NCBI GenBank assembly: GCA_965153285.1
Contig: OZ229113.1
DNA: 64,000 bases
Source of the DNA: Podarcis tiliguerta
Lineage: Eukaryota
Strand: one strand, 5' to 3'
Within the stretch, counting starts at the first letter, position 1, and every line of letters begins with the position of its first letter. A program made the position numbers and the translations under genes. The notes below the pieces were generated by a model. It was not told the DNA's origin. It did not search any database and worked only from the letters and a program-made list of their open reading frames with translations. This document shows positions 48,788 through 61,623 of the stretch, piece by piece.

Positions 48788-51700
48788 TATATTATCCTGC
48801 AAAGCCAAGACTCTCCTATAATGTTTCCCCACAAGTATGTTCCATTCAGCAAAAGTCATTTCCAGCATTAATGTGCCTTTAATTATTTTTTCCTGTTTTC
48901 AAGTCCTCCCTACAGTATTTTCTTGCTTCCTGCAGATTGTGGCTGAGATTGGCAACAAATAGTCTCTTAAATGCCCCATGAAAAGTTTATCTTAATTGCT
49001 TCCAATGTTGGTTTCTGTTCCCACCGTGGGGTTTTAATGGTTTCCTAACCTCACTGGTTTCCTTACCTTATTTTACATTTACATGTTATCAAAATGGCAA
49101 TATTTCAAATTTTAAGATGAAAATGAAAGGAAACGAGTAACTCATGTGTCTCCCGAAAAAATTGCCATGGGGGAAATTAAGGGCCCCTTTGGAACAAAAG
49201 GCAGAACACTTTATTTAATAATGAATAAAGGAACAATTAAGGCTGCAAGCCTCTATCTATTTACATAGGCATTTTGGATTTACTTCTGTGTAGACATCCA
49301 TGCACTATAAGAGATTACTCAGAAGCCATAATATGCAAATAGGAAACTTTTAATTAAATGTATAGACTGCTGAGAGTGTTTTACCTATTTCCGCTGGATA
49401 CTTTATTTTACTGCAACAAAACAAAACCTGAAAGAAGACAGAAAACACTGGACTTCAGTTATTTGGCAATGTCTGGATTCTCTCTAAACAGCGAGTGAAC
49501 AAAGGGGTGTTAATTTCGGAGAAGGGGGCTTATATAGAAAGAAGCTGCATACCTCTATTGGATTTATTGAGTTGATTCCCAGCTGCAATCACATCACAAA
49601 TAACAGGTAAAGGAGAAGCAGAACATACAGATGGAATAAAACAGGCTACATAACCTTGTGGAAGTTAACACCAGCTAGTTTGGAAAACTGAAGGGTAGAA
49701 ATGTAAGTATTTAAAATCAAGCATGTAGACCTGACTGCTAGGTGGCAACGAAGGAGGAAAATGGCATCAAAACCTAATATAGGCTTCTGCCTCTAGTCAC
49801 TTCCTGCTCATGACTTCTAGATTTCCCTTCTATTTCAGGAGCAATTCAGATTTGAAAAGCCCACCAGACCTTTCAAGGGAATCCTCCTGGGCTGATTCTA
49901 CCTGGTCCATATGTTCCCATATGCTAAGCCTATGTCCCCATATGCACCAGACTTACAAACCTTTGTCTACCTAAGGAATCTCCCAAGTATATAGAAACTG
50001 CTACCTTCTTTTCAGGCAACATCATTTTGCTCTCAGACTGGTAGACACACAGACACCCAAGTTAATTATTAGACAGAATGATAATTATGAGATGATCCTG
50101 AACCAGCCTGTTGTATTATTTCACACTGATTATAATTAGGTTCAGAAACATCAAAGTTTATATATGATTAGAAGAAAATATTAAGCTTGGCTCTCACTTT
50201 CTTAAAATTCCTTTGGATAGTAATTTCTTTTAGATCAGAATATGGAATATGTTCGTTCATGGCTTGGCCTTACAATGAAAGCCACTGCTGAATAAATTTC
50301 TAATCTGTCTCCAGTGATTGACAGATATCCAAAATACACTTTAAGGTCTGAAGGATTCCTATAACAGAGTTCTGATGCAATTCACCCAAATTTGGTTTAC
50401 ATGTTAACAACAGGGAAATTCATTAATTCAGCCACTTTCACTATCTGTGGGTCTGCTTTAAAATTCACAACTGAATCTTCAACCCTAAACCTGCTGATAT
50501 TGGCACTGGGTTGCGGTGAATGGAGGGCCTCACATGCGTCTGTGCAGTAGGAAATACCTTCCCTGTACCAATGGCAGGGCAGCCAAAGGCTTTGAAACAA
50601 TCTCCACTCCAAGAATCTGCTTTGTGTTGTGATCTGTCGTGGAAAGGCACTACATCTGTAAAAATATTCAATTGCGAATATCTGATTACAAGACTGAGGC
50701 CATTGCTTATATGCATCACATTTTCTACTTGTGAGGATAACTTCATGTCCCGCACACTTTTGGTACTGTCAATTACAACATGTATAAAACTGTAGCACAG
50801 ACCTGAATAGGCCTATCCATCATATGCAAACGGCTGTTTCCCTGAGCCGGGGCAAATTTTCATTTCTTCTGACCTTTACAAATATGGGTTTAACATGGTG
50901 AAAATTACTAAATCCACTCCCCACCCGCCCAGCACAACAGACCTGTCAAGCCTGACCTTTGGTCAAAGTCTGTCATTTTGACAGCAAACTGATAGCTACC
51001 CCACTGTGAAAGCTGACTCTAGCTTTTGACAAAAATGAAGGTCAGAATGAAAATTGGACATCCTCCATTTACACATAAACGGTAATATAATGTTTCACAC
51101 TTGATCAGCTGCGTCTAGGAGAATCTTTTCACAAGGTTGCTAGAAGAATAAAACAGTGGCATTTGCCCAAGAAATAGAAGAGATTCAAAAAGTATGAAGT
51201 TTGTGGTGGTTCTCTCAAGCAAACCAATCCTAGCAAGCCAAACAAGACCTCATGCATTTGACAGTCTGTGTGCTGCTTAGATTATTCCCTTAGTTGCTAT
51301 ACAAAAGTTGACTCCTGTGCTTACATTTAGGTGGTTGCAATGCTTTGGAAATCTATCTCTAAACAGTTATTAGAGTTAGGAAGATGCAATCATGGATAAC
51401 AATAGTCGACATCTCTCATAATATAAAGAGAGCGAGAAATCACCCAGGCCAAATGATGAGAATAATGTGTGCACAGGCCCACACAGTAACTTTAGTACAT
51501 CCTAAACTGGGTGTGTATTTGACCATTAGCATTCCATTGCAAATTGTCCCAGCTGTATTCAAGCAGCAAAACAGGAAACAAGGTGGCAATCAGGAATTAA
51601 ATGGGCATGATGGATTATTTCCTATAACGTTCATCAATTTGCCCCACTTGTCATCTACCTTTTTACCATTTTGCTGTGTGTTTGTAATCTTACATGTCTC

Positions 51701-52037
51701 CTGCTACAGACAGCCCTGAGTCAATCTGTGCATAACTGTGGCAATCTGAAAGTTCAGTGCTGCTTTGTTTGAAGACCTGGTTAAAATAAATTTATCAAGA
51801 AGTTTTTGAGTCCCTACAAACTTTCTCCCTTTCCCTGTTTATATCACCAGGCAAAGGCTTGCTTCAGAGTCTCTTCCCTGAGTCTATGGGTGCACCCTGA
51901 GCTTTTTCCTATGATACTACAAATATGGAACTCTCCCCTTAATGAGGTCAACCTAGTGCCTTCAGTATATATATTGAGGAAAGCAACTAAAACATTCCCC
52001 CCCCCCCAGGCATTTGGAGATTGCTATGTACATAAGA

Positions 52038-52367
52038 GGGACGCGGGTGGCACTGTGGGTTAAACCACAGAGCCTAGGACTTGCCGATCAGAAAGTTGGC
52101 GGTTCGAATCCCCGCGACGGGGTGAGCTCCCGTTGCTCGGTCCCTGCTCCTGCCAACCTAGCAGTTCAAAAGCACGTCAAAGTGCAAGTAGATAAATAGG
52201 TACCACTCCAGTGGGAAGGTAAATGGCATTTCCGTGTGCTGCTCTGGTTCGCCATGACCCGGAAGCTGTACGCCGGCTCCCTCGGCCAATTAAGTGAGAT
52301 GAGCGACGCAACCCCAGAGTCGGCCACGACTGGGCCTAATGGTCAGGGGTCCCTTTACCATTACCTT
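52038..52367 (+). mobile_element. Sauria SINE with a short internal deletion
   Basis: Perfect 13-bp TSD TATGTACATAAGA at 52025-52037 and 52368-52380. It lacks the gaagcggcttagtcatgctggcca segment seen in 6009. Confidence 0.94.
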
Positions 52368-53426
52368 TATGTACATAAGAAGAATCATCCTGTTATATCT
52401 TGTCCACCAGTCTATTCTCACAGTAGCCAGCCAAATGCCAATGGGAAGCCCAAAGCAGGACATGAGTGATCTCCCACTGTGGAGCACCAGCAACTGGCAA
52501 TATACTGTTTATATTTTAGTATTGTGTTATATATTCTTGTTTTATATAGAAGTCTGTTGAGTTTGAACTCTAACACATCTTTGTGTTCCAGATAGCTATA
52601 AAGACAGAAAAGAAAATTTTTGTGTTGGTGCGCGTATTCCTTTTCTGCTTGGTACAACTATCTATTGAAAATATATTTCTGGGTGTCTGTTTTGCGCATG
52701 CATGTTTCTCATTTTAGAAATTTCTGGTGTTGATTATAGGGGTAACCAAAACTTCAGACAAAGTACAGAAAATAATCAAATTATTCCATGATTGAATGTA
52801 CATTCTGTTCAGGGCATCAGGAAACCAAGAATAGAATTGGATCTGATTCACGCATCCTGAACATATTTCTGAACTTGTTCACACATTCTTAATTCATGCG
52901 ATAAAACAGATTTAAAATATGTTAAATGTGAGTTGGATGTGTAGTGTCTCCCCCGCCTCCCCTGGGAATCAAACTATAACACAACACAACATGTTTCACT
53001 AGAGGGCAGTGAAGCAGGAGGTGCACACATGGAAACAGCTGCTCTTAATAAGCACTTGAAGAAGGGGAAAAACATGCAAGAACAAGGAGAACAGGAGAAA
53101 CATCTGTAGAATATTCAGAAGACCACCAATAGTGAAGGCTGGAAGAGGTGGGAAACAGGGGAGCCCTGATCTCCTAGGAATAGCATAGCTAGGCTATCCT
53201 TATGTGCTTGAACACTTACAGCCAGTTTCACAACTCAGTTATGCTAAAGTATATGGACTTAACCCAATTTGGTTGACATCCATGGCATCAGATGGGCTAA
53301 AATCCAAATACTGTAGCTCACCTTGTCTGTGACTTAGGCTACAAGGTTCTGCTTAGTTTGCTGCAAGAGGCAGCCAGAAATAGTTCCATTTATTTAAAGT
53401 AAAAATCAAACACCACCAACACCTTA

Positions 53427-53948
53427 CAGTGGTGCCCCGCAAGACGAATGCCTCGCAAGACGAATGCCTCGCAAGACGGAAAACCCACTAGACGAAAGGG
53501 TTTTCTGTTTTGGAGGTGCTTCGCAAAACGAATTTGCTATGGGCTTGCTTCGCAAGACGAAAATGTCTTGCGGTTCCTGGGTTTTTTTCCCCCTCCCCCC
53601 CCCCTTTTCCCAAGCCCCTAAGCCGCTTAACAGCTGTTCGCTAAGCCACTTAACAGCTGATCGCTAAGCCGCTTAACAGCTGATCTAAGTCGCTTATCAG
53701 TTGATCTAAGCCGCTAATAGACTTTTAGCAGCTAATTCGCTAATCCCTTAAGCCTTTAATAGCCGCTAATAGCCTTTTAGCAGCTAATCCGCTAATCCCT
53801 TAAGGCTTTAATAGCCACTAATAGCCGCTAAACCACTAATAGCGCTAATAGCGCTAATCCGCTAATGGGCTTGCTTCGCAAGACGAAAAAAACCGCAAGA
53901 CGAAGAGACTCGCGGAACGGATTCTTTTCGTCTTGCGAGGCACCACTG
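53427..53948. mobile_element. Tc1/mariner-type MITE with subterminal GCAAGACGAA repeats and an internal minisatellite
   Basis: TA|CAGTGGTGCCCCGCAAGACGAA ... TTCGTCTTGCGAGGCACCACTG|TA. Confidence 0.9.
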
Positions 53949-55254
53949 TAATGGGTGTAACTGTAATACTGAGCTGCATGTTATGTTCCATATCTAAATG
54001 ATCACCCAATACTGCTCTCTTGCACTGAAGTGTCTTGTGTGTTCTTGTACAAATGCGTAACCTTCATAGCCATGCAGTCTTTATCCAGTAATGGCTACCT
54101 CCAGTTTTCAAGGCGAGACTCAAAGCCTGCTGACATCATTTTGGAAACATATATGTAGAAAGCATCAATTTAGTCAGAGAGCAGAAACATCTATTGCCAG
54201 ACAGAAGCATCCCACATTGTAATGATAATTATAACTCAGAATTTCTATATTCAGCATTCATTTAGCCAGGAGTGGACATATGCTTTCCAATGCCAGTCTG
54301 CTTAATTCAGAAAACATATTTCCTGAACTGCATAATATTAATTTTTAATTTTTAAATAAGAACTTCATACCAATAGAATTCATAATTACCTGGTTCACAA
54401 TACGATTTTCTTCAGCATGTAATGTTCTCTTGTTTTCTGAACCGAATGCCGCTTATGCCAACAATTATTTTCAAGCTTGGATCATAGTTGCTTGTTTGTT
54501 TCAAAACATTTGAATGCCCTGTTTTATATTAATTTCAAAAGCTGTTCATGAACTAGAAAAAATATGTATAAACTTACAATCTAAATAAACCAAATAACAA
54601 TAAATGGGGGGACACAGCAAGAAACAACACAAAATCCATATAGGAGCTAGAAAAGAAAGTAGAGAATCTCCAAATATGAACTAAATGTGGGCAAATGTTC
54701 AGAAACTTAGCAGGATAAAGACTGTAAGGATGATGATGATGGTGGTGGTGGTGGTGATGATGATTTTGTTTATACCCTGCCTGTCTGGCTGGGTTTCCCC
54801 AGTCACTCTCTGGTAGAGAGCCTCACAACCCTGGGGCCACTACTGAACAGGCCTTGCTCCTAGCAGTGACTTAACAAATCTCATAGGGCTGAATTTGGAG
54901 CAGAGCCATGTCAGAAGATCAGAAGACCAACTACAGTGACATGCACTTACACTTTATTAGCTAGTGTTGTGGTCCATTCCAGCATGGGAGTCCCATCACT
55001 AGTGTTGAAGTAAGAGTCACCTGCCAGCCCAGTCAGTGGCTGCGTATGGAATAGAGTATGGGGGAGAATAACAATACACCATCTTGTCCTTTTCCTCATG
55101 GAGGAAAATGTCTTGGGCCTGACAGCACTGAGTCCAGCAGGCTAGAAACCCCTGAAAGGGCAGACCCCCTCACAGAATCAATGTGGGTGGTGATATTGGG
55201 CCCCTGATCAAAATGTTCAGGGAGATCTAGATGAAGAATGAAAGGAAGCACCCA

Positions 55255-55850
55255 AAAGAGAAAATGTTGTAGTAATGGGTGGCTTCAACTATCACACATA
55301 GACCAGTTACATATGTGTTCCAGTCACGACAAAGTGGTACAATTTCTAGATAACCTAAATGACTATTCCCTAGAATATTTGAACAGACCAGAGGGGCAGC
55401 AACTGTGGACTTGATCTTGAGTGGTGCCCAAGACCTGGCGTAAGATGTGTTTTTGAGCCAATTGAGAGCATGGACAATTTGTGGAGGACAAGGCCATCAA
55501 TGGTTTTTAGTCATGAGCAGGCATAGGCAAACTCAGCCCTTCCAGGTGTTTTGGGACTACAACTCCCATCGTCCCTAGCTAACAGGACCAGTGGTCAGGG
55601 ATGATGGATATTGTAGTCTCAAAACATCTGGAAGGCCAAGTTTGCCATGCCTGGTTATGAGGGTTATGCTGTGGCTCTACAGCTGAAGGCAGTAATTACA
55701 CCAAATACCAGTTGCTGGAGACCACAGGAGGGAAGAGTGCTCTTGTGCTTGCATCCTGCTTGAGAATTCCCCACAGATATCTGATAGGCCATTATGAGAA
55801 TAGGATGCTGGACTAGATGGGCCACCAGCTTGATCCAGCAGGCTCTTCTT
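55255..55850 (+). mobile_element. Internally deleted CR1 LINE remnant (endonuclease fragment joined to a 3'-end region)
   Basis: Translates as NVVVMGGFNY (APE-endonuclease GDFN-like) and EQTRGAATVDLILS. It then jumps to ggaggacaaggccatcaatgg...ggatgctggactagatgggcca (CR1-type 3' region) and is interrupted by the MITE at 55518. Confidence 0.65.
55518..55653. mobile_element. hAT-type foldback MITE (31236 family)
   Basis: CAGGCATAGGCAAACTC...AGTTTGCCATGCCTG; TSD gtcatgag / gttatgag. Confidence 0.9.
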
Positions 55851-57037
55851 ATATAATTATGCTCCTTTAGAAGAGGCATGGCTTTTCGATATTGTGAAGG
55901 CTGGAATGGCTCAGCGTAAGTGAGTTGGCAGCCTCTCGTCCACCTGTAATAGCGATTGAAACTGTACACTTTTAATGAGGCTGACAACCACTCAGCTGTT
56001 ACTCACTAAATAAAACCAGGCTGTTCCGTCTATAAGTTATGAAATAAAACCAGTGGTGGTAACCAGAAATGAAACAACTATGGACATTCTTGCAAGTGAA
56101 ATGATGAGTAAATTGCAATATGGAAAGAAAAAGTTGGTTGTTCGTCACAAATGCAATAACTGTCTTGGCCTGGACCACCCTGTCAGCATGTCAGCTTTAA
56201 AATATTACTTTTGGAATACATGAAAAATTGCCAACTTCTCATCATGGCTTTTTGATTTATGGCTGGTTCCTCAGAGATTGATTAGTTTATTTTGTTTTGT
56301 TACCTGGAATGAATGATGGACATTAAAAAAAAAAAAACACCTTAACTTTGGATTCACTGTAAATGAGATAATTTTAAGGGACCTGTTTGGTTGTTGCCCA
56401 AATAATTGGACTTTATTATTACCTTCCCAGCAAGTATGAATGATAGGTCTCCAGAGGGCCTAAATGGCTTCAGATGATGTTTCTTTAGTATTTCAGTGTT
56501 GTTCATCTGCACTGCTCATACAGGAGCTTTTACCAGATGGCCCACCAGCCTCATAATGACATTTCACATTTTCTATATATTAGTGAAGTCCATTTGAAAT
56601 CACCACTCTTGAAGTAACTTTCTACTGAGTTCTTTCTTGGCCAGAAGAAATGAATATGGTCCAAAAGGTTTATGCTGATGGGGCAAAGTTGCTGGTGCAA
56701 TCAGCAAAACATCCTCAACCAAAACAGCTACTGGTGTCCACATTAAGCAGTTGAAATAGAGGTACTAGGAAGGCAGAGAAAAATGAAAATATAGATGTGA
56801 TCTATTACTATATATAAGACCCAGGAGTTTCAGCTTCTATATGTCACTATAGTCCTCAAGATGTTCTTCTTGGGTTGTCTATGAAAGACCATGGGTAGAT
56901 ACCCTTTGTAGTAGTTACTTCAAATATTTTCCTTTGTTTTGCTCACCCAGATAGAAGTGGTTCACTATCAATTAACTTCACCTGAGCAGTATTTTTAAGT
57001 ATCTATTCAACACATACTCTTGTGCTTAATGCAACTG

Positions 57038-57522
57038 TGTCAGGGGCTGGACTGAGGAGGAATGGTGGAGGCTGCAACTCCTTCTCCCGAACCTTCCCGA
57101 CAACAGGAGGACATTATAGATTTAGAACAGTGGTTTGCAGAAGGCCAGAGTTCAGAGGCTGCAGAGGGGAAAAGCTGGGAAATATTGGGAGAAGAACAGC
57201 AGGAAGAAGAAGCACTGGGGGAGAGACTGATGACAGACTCAGTGTCTTTGGAAAGCATTCCTAAGCGCGCGCACCCCTCCCAGGACTAGGCGGGCATTGA
57301 GAGTAGTAGAACACAAAGCGCAGATTGGCCGGCACAGGGATGATGTAGAATAGGAGAGATGGAGGGGGGTTAAACTTTACTCGGAGCAACGCCATTATCT
57401 TAGGGAGACTTCATTCCTTCATCTCTCTCTGTGCATAGCAAATAAATTACTTGGTAAGAATTCTTCTTGTTTATCTGTTTTTTGGCCACTAGGGGAGGGA
57501 TCCAATTCCCTGAAGCCTAACA
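57038..57522 (+). mobile_element. Solo LTR (TG...CA)
   Basis: Termini TGTCAGG / CCTAACA form an inverted repeat. Flanks AACTG / AACTC match a 5-bp TSD at 4/5 positions. AATAAA lies at 57441. Confidence 0.7.
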
Positions 57523-58769
57523 AACTCTTACTTTGTTTTTTAAAGAGATGCATGGGTGAGTGGCTGGATGGGTGGGTGGGTGGGTGGGTGGACAGACAGA
57601 CAGGCAGATTCCTCAAGTGGTAGAATGGACTGTACCACATCCAGACTGCAGGTGAAGGATCACACTTTTGAATGTTCCATTATGGGAGATATTTGAAACT
57701 AGCTATATAAAGGCGTCCATGTGAATAATTGTCGGGTGATGCGCTATGAAACAAGCTGGCAGTGTGTGGAGACAAGACGTATAGGTCATAGCCTGGACAG
57801 GACTTAAAATCCCAGTCAGGACCTGAACAATTACTGAAACTATAAAGAGAGCAATAAAACATTGCAGCCTGAATGCATCGGCTTGTTTTGATAGCAAGGC
57901 ATCTTCCAACTAAAAACCAAACCCTCTTTTCTGCTTGTTCATTGCATTCATAAAAGGTCTGCTTTGGCAAGAAGAGGGGAAAGGAAAAGGGGGGGGGGAG
58001 AGAAATGCTTTCCCCCTCCTCCCTTGCATTGAATATAAATAACTTGAGCAGGAAGGAGCTGGCAAGTCACATTAATCATGTGGGCAGGAATATATTTTAT
58101 TTCGTAAATTGTTTTAATAAATCCAAAAAACATTCAACACGGTCCTACTTATTAAGGGAGTTTTTATAACATGGCACAGACACCTTTCTTTTCGTTCTCT
58201 AATGTCCTGAGTAGTTTTTTAAGAGCGGGTTAGGTAATTCATGTAAGATTAAGAGGTTTTTATTCCACAATCCTGGCTCTGAACCCCATGTAAAAGAGTC
58301 CATTAAAGCCCAACAGGTCAAGCTGGGAATGCTCCTCTGCTTTAGAGATCTCTGGTCAAGTCCTCTGATGGTGGCCTGGTGGCAGGTCTTGCATAAGTAC
58401 TTTGGTATCCGTGTAATATTAGAGGTGCTACTGAGTCTAACGGGACACCTGGCATGTTCATGTATGTCCACACTGTCAAACAGTGTTTTATTAGCGTTAG
58501 TTATCAGCGGGAGCCCACCCATTAGGCAGTTGCTTAACATTTCAACAAGATTTCCCCCCAATCCCACCCATTTAGCTTGAACACAACCGGGGTGGGAGAA
58601 GCATTACTCCTGCAAAACCTTAGAATTCAATTTTAGGAATGATATGAAGTCATACTATCCAATACGGAGATTTCTTCTCTTTTTTATTTTAGGTGGCAGA
58701 TAAAAACAACATTGTTCACCGAAGGCACATGTTTTATTTGGATGCTCTATTTTTTTTAATCAGTTGGTT

Positions 58770-58801
58770 GGTTGATTGATTGATTGATTGATTGATTGAT
58801 G
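58770..58801. repeat. (GATT)n microsatellite, preceded by (GGTT)n
   Basis: Directly visible. Confidence 0.9.
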
Positions 58802-61623
58802 AATTTCACTTTTAAACCAACTTTCCCTCCAGGGGATCCCAGAACAGTGTTCAAAATAACTCGGTGTCTACTTGCTGATTTATTATTGCTACTCTTATTT
58901 GGTATGTTGAAGAAATGAATGTCATAATCTACCCTTTGCCAACCTGGTGCCCTCCAGATGTTTTGGAGAACAACTCCCATCATACTGTGCTGCTGAGGCT
59001 GATGGGAGTTGTTGTCCCTGACACCTGGAGGCTGCCAGTTTGGCAAAGGATGTCATAATCCATGACTTACGCTTCTCCTTTGGCAAACCCAAGCCCTCAC
59101 TTATCCAAATAATCCCGCCCTCTGATATGAGCTAGATGCTTGTGGCAGGACTATGTGATTCTCCAGGTACTGAGAAAATGCAGGCAATATTTGCATTTCA
59201 CGTGTATAGATTGCAACTGCACTTGTTGAATATATTTATACCCCATAGGCCTGCACAGTAGCCCAAAGCCAAGCAAGTAGTAGTTTCCCATTGGTCCAAT
59301 GCACAGTAAATTGTAATAATGTATAGAAAACATATAAGTTCACAATCTACTTAGATGGCAAAAAGCCCTCCCTGTATTCTTTATTGAGCCCAGAATGTAT
59401 TTATATGCCGTCTGAGCCAGTTGAAATGGAGAGTCGATGTTTCAATACATGCTACTTAAATTTCTGTATTGGGTAACTGTCCAAATCAGACTCGGCTAAC
59501 TTGGCAACATGAGCTTAAAGTGTCATAAAACGAGAAAGATGTATATGGTGTTGAAATATGAATGATGAGGAAAGCCCAGCCTCAATGCCATCAAAAGAAA
59601 TGTAAGTTTTCTTTAAACAGCATAAACAGCTAGTTCTCTCATAAATGACTCAAACTGCTTTTAATAGCTTCTTTCTTCCTTATGATTACTAAAAAAAAGA
59701 AAACACCCAGAGCTCTATTGAGAAATATATTACACATGACAACCAAACTAGACACACAGCCTGATCCTGTGCAGGTTTTTTTTTAGAAATAAGCCCAGTT
59801 GAACTTATTCCTGTAAGTATATGAAAGACTACAGCAGTTTCCCTTTGAATGCCTGTTGCTGGGGATCATGAGATGTTGCTATTGGACTTTAGGGCTTCTC
59901 ATGGGCATCTGGTTGGTCACTGTGAAAATGGAATGCCTGATTGGATGGAACTTTGGCCTGATCTAGCAGGCTCTTAGGTTCTCATGCTCTAAATTCAGAA
60001 GCCAAACTTCTCGCCTCATCAATGCACTGCATCTATCAGCTATGTTTGTTTAATTAATTCATGTCTCCCAAAACTGCACATTCCCAATTGTCCCCTTCCA
60101 CCCTTCTGTGTGTGACTTACACTGCCTGTGTTGCCATGTAAGTTATAGATGACATTCTAATTGGGGGAAAATCACAGCTTTATTAAATGCTGTGGGCAGG
60201 ATATAATGCAAACGGTAGAGAAAAAAATGATACAAAATTGTCCTATACATAATTATGAACAAGTCTTCAGAGAAAATATTGCATGTTAGTTGACCTGCAT
60301 TAGTTACTGCAATATATAAGTAGTAACAGTATGGGGTGATGTAAAAGACGTAATAAAAATGTATGTTCATTGCCATCACAGACGCATGTTGTCCACAATA
60401 TGGTGTGGGGGAGACCGTGGGAAGGAACAGAGGAGATTGGTATTTGGGTATGGAGTAAAAGACAGGTATTTGCAAGACAGGTTGAGGAAACAATAGACAT
60501 TTTGCAAACATCTTGGATTGTGGCAATTCATAAAAAAGTTCAATGCTACTACTGTGTATATCACTTGGAACAGACAACTAGCAGCTGGTTTAATCATTTT
60601 CAAAAAAAAATATTCTAAGACAGAGAACGCAGCCTTCCTTGGAATTTCTAAAGTTTGCTAATGGTAAAAAATGGAAGAAGTGATAAAGTTACTACATTCA
60701 TCAGTCATCCACCCCAAAACATTTGCAACTGATTATATTTTTCAGAGTTGGCACAGACTCATGAGGCTCCCTATAAGCAACTTTATGATCTGTGCCAAAT
60801 GGAAGAAAACTAGAAGGTAATTCTGAAGCATGTACTAAAAAAGAAAGAAAGATACATTTCCACATAATGAAAAAGAATGGAGAGTAGCAGTGAGTTTGGT
60901 TTTGTCTAGCAATAAGGTATTCCAAGGAGGACCGCAAGATTACAGTTTTAAGATTGCAATAAAATGACTTATGTGTGTTCTAGTTCCTGTTTTGCTGTCT
61001 ACCAGGAACTGTTAAAATGCATTTATTTGGGGCCCTGTGCTACTCTGAGTGGGACACTGATAATTAAAAGAGGGAGGCAGAAACCAATAGCTTATCCTAT
61101 GAGAAAGAGAATAAAAAAATCAGAGTTTAGAGCCAATGTTTTTGTTTGTTGGCTTATTAGATTTTCACTGTTTACAATTGTTGGCATCCGTCTGTCTCAA
61201 GAGACAGTAGTGTGAGCATCCGGGGGTGAAATCAAACTGCTGGAGAATCACAGGTAACTCTGCTGCCGTGTTGTTTTTCCTGCATTAGTAGCACCAAAGT
61301 GACGTCTCTGGGATGGAAGCCTGGGCAGTGTGTATGGAGGTCCTGGGCTGCCCAGATGAAAAGACCCCCTCTCAGCCTCACTGATGTGGTCCAAAGGAAA
61401 GCAGAACAATACATTTGGCACCAGCGTTGCTGCAGGAATTTCTGGAAGGAGGCATACAAGACACAATCCAACCATTTTAGGGACTCCAGATTTGTGTAGG
61501 GTTTAATCCCGGGCCTTTTCTTCTACCAAATATGTGCTACAGGCCACGATAATGGATTTTTCCTCCAGTTTAGGATTTCCTGAAGGTTTAGGATTAGAGT
61601 TTTCCTTCTCCTAAATGGGCTGG

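Noticed and set aside
53618-53866. CRISPR-like repeat array
   Set aside because: Eukaryotic DNA with no unique spacers and no cas genes; the repeats lie inside a MITE.
60143-60618. 144-aa minus-strand ORF and overlapping ORFs
   Set aside because: AT-rich composition with no recognisable domain or splice structure.
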